From IMG/VR virus record IMGVR_UViG_2671180275_000003: DNA of 5,078 bases, one strand, 5' to 3'. Under the pieces are notes generated by a model. That model made no database searches. It worked only from the letters and a program-made list of their open reading frames with translations, and had not been told where the DNA came from. The position numbers were made by a program, and so were the translations under genes. The DNA is from a virus (Duplodnaviria; Heunggongvirae; Uroviricota; Caudoviricetes). Below are positions 1 to 4,993 of the stretch, one piece after another; positions within the stretch are counted from its first letter, which is position 1; every line of letters starts with the position of its first letter.

Positions 1-246
1 CATTGCGTACTCAGCCCGTGCGCCAGCGGACTCTTCCCATCCATCCAGTAAGTAAATGGCATCGGCACACATGAGCATCGGAATACAAATGCTTATGTAC
101 TGCTGCTGGCTTAATCCGTCAGGCAACGTGGCAGGGTTCAGCACAACGTGCCCGTCTTCCGCGAGCCTCATCGCCTCTATGAAAAACGCCGTTCTGTTGT
201 GATCTTTGTATCCGGTCATTGGACCGGCGATATAAATCACTGCCAT
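1..246 (-). CDS. DUF4406-like (nucleoside 2-deoxyribosyltransferase-like) phage protein, partial; C-terminus lies beyond the window start
   Basis: Own translation of the - strand from ATG at 246..244 gives MAVIYIAGPMTGYKDHNRTAFFIEAMRLAEDGHVVLNPATLPDGLSQQQYISICIPMLMCADAIYLLDGWEESAGARAEYAM with no stop before position 1. The IAGPMTG and CDAIYLLDGWEESAGA motifs are as recalled for DUF4406. Strong SD (GGGAGGT) 5-6 nt upstream. The ORF track listed only a shorter unrelated + frame here. Confidence 0.6.
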   Translation of the reverse strand, partial: MAVIYIAGPMTGYKDHNRTAFFIEAMRLAEDGHVVLNPATLPDGLSQQQYISICIPMLMCADAIYLLDGWEESAGARAEYAM

Positions 247-455
247 GCTTTACCTCCCGTATTGCGTGTTGCTGTCAGCACGCGTACTTCTTCCATGTTC
301 GTGGCGCAGAAGTGCGAACCGTTGATAAGGCGGATGTGATGCATCTCAGAATTGCGTGAGTCCTGGCGTGTCATGCCCTGGTCAATCAGGCTTTCGTCGA
401 CTTCGTACTGATGGCCGTGGGTTGTGAATCTGATAACGGTTGACTCCTTGATCAT
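237..455 (-). CDS. Hypothetical small phage protein (72 aa)
   Basis: ATG start with SD AAGGAG 8 nt upstream; start overlaps the stop of the upstream gene in an ATGA arrangement (452..455); its 3' end overlaps the DUF4406-like start by 10 nt. No recognisable motif. Confidence 0.5.
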   Translation of the reverse strand: MIKESTVIRFTTHGHQYEVDESLIDQGMTRQDSRNSEMHHIRLINGSHFCATNMEEVRVLTATRNTGGKAWQ

Positions 456-688
456 TGCTTGACTCCTTGCCCGGCAGATTTACCGTGGAGTAGCTTTTTA
501 AGGGCGGCGATTTCTCTTTCCTGATCCTGAATCACCCGGATTGCTTCCATGGTGATCCCCAGTGAGATCGAGGAAGATATAACGACCTTTGGTTTTCCAA
601 CGGCAGCTGCAACTTTGGCTGTTTCCTCGTGAGCACGGGCGATGTGACGTAACCCCCGCAAAAGTGCTTTGTTTCTTTCGCTATTCAT
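452..688 (-). CDS. Hypothetical small phage protein (78 aa), predicted helical/coiled-coil C-terminus
   Basis: ATG start preceded by AGGAG; ATGA stop/start overlap with the next gene downstream; same strand and tight packing as neighbours. No recognisable motif. Confidence 0.55.
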   Translation of the reverse strand: MNSERNKALLRGLRHIARAHEETAKVAAAVGKPKVVISSSISLGITMEAIRVIQDQEREIAALKKLLHGKSAGQGVKQ

Positions 689-723
689 TTCCTGACTCCT
701 GTGTTACTGATTCATCTGTTTAT

Positions 724-1704
724 TCACGTACTGGCAGGGGTAAACATCACGCAGTAAGTTGCATCTCCCGTTACCGGTCCGCAGTCCGGGCAGTAGCCAC
801 CGCCATGGCGACCGCAGGCGTCGCACTGTTTCAGGGTGGCGATAACCTCCGGTGCTGGTTCGCGGGTTCTTGCGCCAACGCTTCGTGGTGCCTGTATGCA
901 GTTCATCCGGTAACCCTGATAAATACGTCTGGTTTCCGGTGTGTCGGAATTGGAGATGGTGATTCTGGTCATGCCGCCCGTTTCCTGCGAAAGGCGGTCA
1001 AGTGCTGCCCTCAGGCGAACGTGCTCGTGTTCATCGAATGGTTTTCCGTAGGCGGTGAAATTGCCCTCGCCACTGAACCGCAGGTAAGGGGGATCGCAGT
1101 ACACGCAAAGCGTGTTGCCCATGCCGAACAGGTGACTGGCAGAGCTCAGCGTATCCTTAAAATCTGCGTGGATAAGCAGCGTTTGGGTGCTGTTTGCCTT
1201 GTCTGCAAATGCGCGGATTTCCCGCTCAGGGAAGTAGGGTTTTCGGTAGCCGCCGAAAGGCACGTTAAAATCACCTTTTCCGTTCACCCGGTACAGGCCA
1301 TTAAAACAGTGCCGGTTGAGGTACAAAAACATGGCGGCCAGTCGCAGTTCACGGCGGTCGCTTATTCCCGTTCTGCTACTCAGGAAGGCATGATTCTCTG
1401 CGTTAAAGGTTTCGCGAATGATGAGATAGTCACCCCTGTTGTTGTGGTTCAGGAACAGGGTTTTCGCCTCGTCGATCAGACTGTCGGTGTTGTCCCGTGC
1501 TGCCCGCCAGAAATTAATCAGCGCACCATTGGAATCACCCAGGATGTAACGCTTGTAACTGGTGTTCATGAATACCGATGCGCCACCCACGAACGGTTCA
1601 ACCAGGCAGTCAGCTTCTGGCAGATGCGCCTTCAGTGTGTTCATGATGCGGCTTTTGCCACCCACCCATTTCAGCGGTGTGCCGGATAACAGTTCTTTGC
1701 TCAT
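724..1704 (-). CDS. dam: Dam-family N6-adenine DNA methyltransferase (probably GATC-specific) with a ~55-aa Cys-rich C-terminal extension
   Basis: 326-aa product with LKWVGGK and CLVEPFVGGASVF (AdoMet-binding region), LFLYLNRHCFNGLYRVN...FNVPFGGYRKPYFPE, catalytic DPPY (VYCDPPY) and NFTAY, all close to E. coli Dam. SD AGAGG 8 nt upstream; ATGA overlap with the upstream ORF. C-terminal tail has CDAC...CPDC plus two further Cys. Confidence 0.9.
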   Translation of the reverse strand: MSKELLSGTPLKWVGGKSRIMNTLKAHLPEADCLVEPFVGGASVFMNTSYKRYILGDSNGALINFWRAARDNTDSLIDEAKTLFLNHNNRGDYLIIRETFNAENHAFLSSRTGISDRRELRLAAMFLYLNRHCFNGLYRVNGKGDFNVPFGGYRKPYFPEREIRAFADKANSTQTLLIHADFKDTLSSASHLFGMGNTLCVYCDPPYLRFSGEGNFTAYGKPFDEHEHVRLRAALDRLSQETGGMTRITISNSDTPETRRIYQGYRMNCIQAPRSVGARTREPAPEVIATLKQCDACGRHGGGYCPDCGPVTGDATYCVMFTPAST

Positions 1705-1928
1705 AACGCGGCCTCTTTGTTATAGGTTTCGTGCGTTAATAAATCCCATGACTTCCCGTTGTTTTTGCTCAGTAATCGCCAGCGAAAACCGATTCTTATT
1801 ACCAGGTAGTCGTGGGGTTTTATACGTGAAAAATTCCGCACGCCGTCGCGGAATAAACGCAGCGATGCGCGGGCTTTTCTTTCCACGTTCAGGGGGAGGC
1901 AGCAACACACATTCAGGATGGCGGCCAT
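1701..1928 (-). CDS. Hypothetical small protein (75 aa)
   Basis: ATG at 1928 with SD GAGGTG 6 nt upstream (the SD overlaps the exonuclease stop); stop overlaps the dam start as ATGA (1701..1704). Low-complexity sequence with no known motif; a competing 62-aa frame (1720..1908) exists, so confidence is moderate. Confidence 0.4.
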   Translation of the reverse strand: MAAILNVCCCLPLNVERKARASLRLFRDGVRNFSRIKPHDYLVIRIGFRWRLLSKNNGKSWDLLTHETYNKEAAL

Positions 1929-1937
1929 GGCTTCACC

Positions 1938-2519
1938 TCATATGTTCAGGAATGGTGTTGTGAAGCGCTGCCAGATTTCTGACACGACCTTTGCCTGGTA
2001 AACGGCGTCGCCCAGCGCGGTGTGAGCAATGGTCTCTTTGCCTGATCGGCCTGGCATTCTCCAGCCGGTTGATTCAGCCATGGCGATAAGCGGACGCATA
2101 CAGCGCTCGTCCCAGTAGCACCAGGGGATGCTTTTTTCTCCGGCTGTGCGTGTTATGGCGGATTTCAGGATTGGGAAATCGAAGGATGCGCCTTTGCACC
2201 ATATGGTCAGTGAATTGCCCGGGCTTTCGTCATGCATATTGCGTGAAATGAACGCCAGAAATTCGGTCACTGCTGCCAGCTCTGTTCCATCTGCGTTGCG
2301 CAGGCAGGCTCTGGCTTCCACGGATTGTCCGGCCCACCATACAGCGGTGGCTGCATTGACGGTTCCGCCGTTGCGTTCTGAATCCACCGGGTCGATGAAT
2401 TTCTCAAACTGCTTGCCCAGCTTTCCGGTGAACGGGTCGAAAAACACCGCCCCGATCGCGAATATGGCTGCGTCCGGTCCGTTACCCAGTGTTTCGGTGT
2501 CAATCATGAGATGGTTCAT
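1938..2519 (-). CDS. DnaQ-like DEDDh 3'-5' exonuclease (the type annotated as exonuclease/exodeoxyribonuclease in enterobacterial prophages)
   Basis: Exo I motif MIDTETLG, central FDFP acidic motif, Exo III motif HTALGDAVYQA (H-x4-D). The track start at 2528 is GTG; I prefer ATG at 2519..2517 (193 aa), which overlaps the upstream stop as TAATG and has AAGGGG about 8 nt upstream. Confidence 0.8.
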   Translation of the reverse strand: MNHLMIDTETLGNGPDAAIFAIGAVFFDPFTGKLGKQFEKFIDPVDSERNGGTVNAATAVWWAGQSVEARACLRNADGTELAAVTEFLAFISRNMHDESPGNSLTIWCKGASFDFPILKSAITRTAGEKSIPWCYWDERCMRPLIAMAESTGWRMPGRSGKETIAHTALGDAVYQAKVVSEIWQRFTTPFLNI

Positions 2520-2749
2520 TATGCGCACCCCTTCAGTTCGTCTGGGTTGGCGAGTATTGCAATCAGTCGTTCAATGGCTGCGCAGGTTTCCTGTGGACAG
2601 GTGTGTGTCTCTTTCGCTGTCTCAGTCAGCTCGCGCAGTAATTCGCAGATATGCGCACGCTCGGCTTTTCTTGCGGCCATGCTGATATGTGCATGATGGT
2701 TAGCTGGTCTGGCGGTTATTTTTCTGCCGGGTGATTCGGCTGTTCTCAT
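2519..2749 (-). CDS. Hypothetical small protein (76 aa from ATG; track version uses a TTG 8 codons upstream)
   Basis: Track ORF 2519..2773 begins at TTG; the in-frame ATG at 2749..2747 has a canonical AGGAG 7 nt upstream, so I place the start there. Four Cys residues, no recognisable domain. Its stop overlaps the exonuclease ATG. Confidence 0.5.
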   Translation of the reverse strand: MRTAESPGRKITARPANHHAHISMAARKAERAHICELLRELTETAKETHTCPQETCAAIERLIAILANPDELKGCA

Positions 2750-2783
2750 TTGTTGACTCCTGAAAAAAGACAAAGGGAACCCG

Positions 2784-2799
2784 AAGGCATGAATGCCTT
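2784..2799. other. Short hairpin (6-bp stem AAGGCA/TGCCTT, 4-nt loop) in the untranslated gap between the mini-ORFs and the 76-aa gene
   Basis: Inverted repeat read directly; not followed by a U-tract on either strand, so not a canonical intrinsic terminator. Confidence 0.25.
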
Positions 2800-2849
2800 A
2801 ATTAATTGCTCGTGTGTTTTCTGGTGTTATTCCGCGCCTGCTTTCGGCT

Positions 2850-2951
2850 TCAGATTATCCCCAGATTCTTCAGTGCTAACCAGATAAGCGCACTCACCTG
2901 AAATATCACCCATGCAGTAGCGATGGTGAGTATTACTTTTACATTCTTCAT
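2850..2951 (-). CDS. Candidate mini-ORF, 33-aa hydrophobic peptide (MKNVKVILTIATAWVIFQVSALIWLALKNLGII)
   Basis: Found by manual translation; below the ORF-track size cutoff. Single predicted transmembrane helix. Starts 12 nt after the stop of the preceding mini-ORF; no clear SD, so weakly supported. Confidence 0.25.
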   Translation of the reverse strand: MKNVKVILTIATAWVIFQVSALIWLALKNLGII

Positions 2952-2963
2952 AAAGTTTTCGCT

Positions 2964-3089
2964 TTATTTACGGCGTTTGTCGCCAGTAAAAAATAATTCG
3001 ATATCCTTCAGTTCGTGGATAATTCGCATAATGCCGATTGCCATAAGCACGGAGATAATCAGAATTACCCATGAAAGAAATATGCTCAT
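2964..3089 (-). CDS. Candidate mini-ORF, 41-aa single-pass membrane peptide (MSIFLSWVILIISVLMAIGIMRIIHELKDIELFFTGDKRRK)
   Basis: Found by manual translation; ATG overlaps the stop of the 80-aa gene as ATGA (3086..3089); SD-like AGGGG 8 nt upstream; hydrophobic core followed by a basic tail, typical of small membrane peptides. Confidence 0.45.
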   Translation of the reverse strand: MSIFLSWVILIISVLMAIGIMRIIHELKDIELFFTGDKRRK

Positions 3090-3328
3090 GCGGCTACCCC
3101 TGTGAAGTAAGGCTCAACAATTTCACCTTCAAACAGTTCTGTCATAATCGACTTTAATTCTTCCAGCGCTTCACGGTCATCGCTGCCCAGTGCGCAGTTG
3201 TATAGCCCCATAATTGCGCCGCGCAGTGAGTTACGAAGGCTTTCATCCTTAGTTACGCCCCGGTTTGCGAGTTCAAAGTGATAACGTTGCAACGCGTTAT
3301 TGATAAGTATTTTGTAGGCTTCGATCAT
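3086..3328 (-). CDS. Hypothetical small protein (80 aa)
   Basis: ATG with SD AAGGA 7 nt upstream; 18-nt gap from the preceding gene; stop coupled to the 41-aa mini-ORF. No recognisable motif. Confidence 0.55.
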   Translation of the reverse strand: MIEAYKILINNALQRYHFELANRGVTKDESLRNSLRGAIMGLYNCALGSDDREALEELKSIMTELFEGEIVEPYFTGVAA

Positions 3329-3346
3329 GGCTGAATCCTTTATTTA

Positions 3347-3682
3347 TCAGTGCTTGCTTCCCGGATATTGAAAACGCAGGCCGCTGATTAATCTGTCTGC
3401 CGTTCTTAAGGCTTCAAAAAATGTGAAGTCCTGTCCGAAGTAATCATCCCCGCGAGTCAGGGTGAAATTAAATCTGCCAGTAACAGGGCTGCGAAAACTT
3501 TTGTGAATAACGATGCCAGTGTCGCCAATCGCCCAGGTGTGCTTTCCGGTTTGTTTTACCGGGTGACCGTCTGGTGTGGTATGGATTTCAGTGGTTGCGG
3601 TCGCACTATTTTTACGGAAGTGCTGGCGTGCAACGTGGCGTTCGGTGTTGTTATTGATGCGTGCATTTCGTTGTTGCTTCAT
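3347..3682 (-). CDS. Hypothetical protein (111 aa)
   Basis: ATG at 3682, same strand and tight spacing as the operon; basic N-terminus, no motif I can assign. Confidence 0.55.
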   Translation of the reverse strand: MKQQRNARINNNTERHVARQHFRKNSATATTEIHTTPDGHPVKQTGKHTWAIGDTGIVIHKSFRSPVTGRFNFTLTRGDDYFGQDFTFFEALRTADRLISGLRFQYPGSKH

Positions 3683-3707
3683 TCTTCACTCGGTCCTTAT
3701 GCGATGA

Positions 3708-3902
3708 TTACAGTGATTCGTCTCTTGTCAGCCTAAAAATCACTTCAGCCATGACTTCGCTAATTACATCGATCCCCTGATCGGTAAGGGCTTCTTTCCA
3801 GGCCTTGCTTGCACGTGTTGGATCCATCCTGCCTGATTGCTGTTGTATGATGATGAAGCGTAAATCGCTGTATAAGTCTTTTGTTTGAGTGGAGTCAGTC
3901 AT
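3708..3902 (-). CDS. Hypothetical small protein (64 aa)
   Basis: ATG at 3902 with SD GAAGGTG 5-6 nt upstream; second gene of the leftward operon. Confidence 0.5.
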   Translation of the reverse strand: MTDSTQTKDLYSDLRFIIIQQQSGRMDPTRASKAWKEALTDQGIDVISEVMAEVIFRLTRDESL

Positions 3903-3953
3903 GTCAACACCTTCAAATCCCGATGCTCTTAATGATCCCGGTTTGTTTTGATG

Positions 3954-4478
3954 TCACTGGTTGCCTTCGCTGTATTGGTGTTGCTCCAGTTTTGACTTTC
4001 TTCCTGTGTAAACCCGCTTTCCATTGATGGTCTGGCAGTCTTCTTTGTTTGCCGGGGAAAACTTTCTTTTCTGTCGGTCGTATGTCCAGTAGCTTTTCCA
4101 GTTGTGCCATTCTGGCGGCTCGCATTCTGGTAGTTCGTCAGCCAGCTTGTCCCACTCTCTGGCGTTAAACCACCACACGCCATCCGAATTTTCATCTTCA
4201 GGGTTTGAACGGGTCTTGTGTCCAGGCATCTGATTTCGCTGAAGCGCCACGCGCAATGCAGCTTTTGTCAACCCGATATAGGCTGCCCCTTTTTCAAGTG
4301 AGCAAAGTCCGGCTACCGGGCCATCCAGTCGCAAGGTTGCCCCTTTTTTGTAGGTGCGTTTTTTCTTTTCCTCTTGGTGTTCATCGTCGTTTGCCGCGCC
4401 AACGGATTCGGTGATGCTGTCGTTTTCCTGAAGGGCTTGTGTGTCAGATAACTCTTTATCGGCAATTGACTTCCGCAT
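3954..4478 (-). CDS. Cox/Apl-like HTH DNA-binding protein (candidate excisionase/early-promoter regulator), 174 aa as drawn
   Basis: First gene of the operon facing the repressor. Central segment GAAYIGLTKAALRVALQRNQMPG...DGVWWFNAREWDKL has the HTH-then-aromatic-wing pattern of P2 Cox / 186 Apl. ATG at 4478 with SD AGAGGA 6 nt upstream. Acidic ~48-aa N-terminal and ~55-aa C-terminal extensions are atypical; an internal TTG (4334..4332) with AAGGGG upstream is an alternative start. Confidence 0.6.
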   Translation of the reverse strand: MRKSIADKELSDTQALQENDSITESVGAANDDEHQEEKKKRTYKKGATLRLDGPVAGLCSLEKGAAYIGLTKAALRVALQRNQMPGHKTRSNPEDENSDGVWWFNAREWDKLADELPECEPPEWHNWKSYWTYDRQKRKFSPANKEDCQTINGKRVYTGRKSKLEQHQYSEGNQ

Positions 4479-4538
4479 TTGCTATCCTCTTGCGTTGGTG
4501 CGCTTGTCGCGCATCATGAAGGTTTGTTTAGGTTTATA

Positions 4539-4562
4539 AAAGATACTCGTGCGAGTATCTTT
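4539..4562. promoter_or_regulatory. Candidate operator: perfect 11-bp inverted repeat AAAGATACTCG-tg-CGAGTATCTTT
   Basis: Perfect palindrome read directly from the sequence, centred in the 104-bp gap between the divergent Cox-like and repressor genes. A related half-site AATACTC lies at 4574..4580. Confidence 0.5.
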
Positions 4563-4582
4563 CGCGAGAGGTTAATACTCAA
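4554..4582 (-). promoter_or_regulatory. Candidate early (lytic) promoter: -35 TTGAGT (4582..4577), 17-bp spacer, -10 GATACT (4559..4554)
   Basis: Hexamers found by eye on the - strand; the -10 falls inside the right arm of the palindrome, the usual geometry for a repressed promoter. Not experimentally anchored. Confidence 0.3.
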
Positions 4583-4924
4583 ATGGTTATCTTGTCAATA
4601 GACTATGCAAAAAAGCTACGTCAAATACGCAAGGCTGAAGGGCTAACGCAAAAGGAATTTGCGGATATTACGGGGTTGTCTTTAGCTGCCATAAGGAACT
4701 ATGAATCAGGGCAAAAAAGCGCCAGAGCCAAAATTGTTGAGATGGTTCTCCAAGTTGATCGGTTTGAAAAATACATGATGTGGCTAATAAAAGATAAGAC
4801 AATGCCTGCTGCCGGTCAGATAGCCCCGGCTCTCTCTCTTGATGGCTCCATTCAGTCGGAGGGCGATCAGGTTTCAATCGGCATTACCCAAAAATCACCC
4901 CGATCTCGTCGCAATGCTGGCTAA
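4583..4924 (+). CDS. Phage immunity repressor candidate, HTH-XRE family (P2 C-type by size and context), 113 aa
   Basis: N-terminal HTH LTQKEFADITGLSLAAIRNYESGQK; C-terminal KYMMWL...GQIAPAL resembles what I recall of P2 C; sits directly upstream of the integrase on the same strand; AGAGG 12 nt upstream of the ATG. Confidence 0.75.
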   Translation: MVILSIDYAKKLRQIRKAEGLTQKEFADITGLSLAAIRNYESGQKSARAKIVEMVLQVDRFEKYMMWLIKDKTMPAAGQIAPALSLDGSIQSEGDQVSIGITQKSPRSRRNAG

Positions 4925-4993
4925 CGCTGTACATCGAGCGGGTTTCATCCCGTAGAGAGTGTACGGCTGATTCATCCGTTGGAGGGGCTAATC

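Noticed and set aside
148-339. Plus-strand 63-aa ORF; likewise 3503..3736 (+), 4205..4414 (+) and 4668..4877 (-)
   Set aside because: Each is antisense to a better-supported gene (DUF4406-like/72-aa, 111-aa, Cox-like, repressor) and shows no initiation signal.
589-1689. 366-aa + strand ORF, the longest in the track
   Set aside because: Entirely antisense to the dam gene, whose product has unmistakable Dam motifs; the + frame has no motifs or SD and is a typical shadow ORF.
1720-1908. Alternative 62-aa minus-strand frame competing with the 75-aa ORF
   Set aside because: Starts at GTG without an SD, whereas the 75-aa frame has ATG, a GAGGTG SD and an ATGA coupling to dam. Neither is strongly supported, so the 75-aa call is kept at moderate confidence.
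1562-2685. Plus-strand ORFs 1562..1963 and 2128..2685, and the minus out-of-frame ORF 2267..2503
   Set aside because: They overlap the exonuclease, dam and 75-aa genes on the opposite strand or in another frame, and have no initiation signals or recognisable motifs.
2789-2887. 32-aa Cys-rich + strand ORF in the intergenic gap
   Set aside because: Its ATG lies inside the hairpin stem, it has no properly spaced SD, and it runs opposite to every supported gene in the region.
2923-3105. 60-aa + strand ORF from the track
   Set aside because: Antisense to the two mini-ORFs and the end of the 80-aa gene, which have coupling and SD evidence; the + frame has none.
3913-4195. Two alternative minus-strand frames (70 and 88 aa) inside the Cox-like gene
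   Set aside because: Out of frame with the HTH-containing reading frame and lacking SDs; most likely shadow ORFs. A frameshift producing a shorter Cox-like protein cannot be excluded from sequence alone.
4593-4598. Perfect TTGACA -35 hexamer on the - strand just inside the repressor coding start
   Set aside because: No acceptable -10 hexamer at 15-19 bp spacing (only TTAACC/TATTAA-like sequences without the conserved final T), so the weaker TTGAGT/GATACT pair overlapping the palindrome was preferred; still unverified.
4925-4993. Possible terminator between the repressor and integrase genes
   Set aside because: Only a 4-bp GC stem (CGGG/CCCG) with no U-tract; more consistent with co-transcription.
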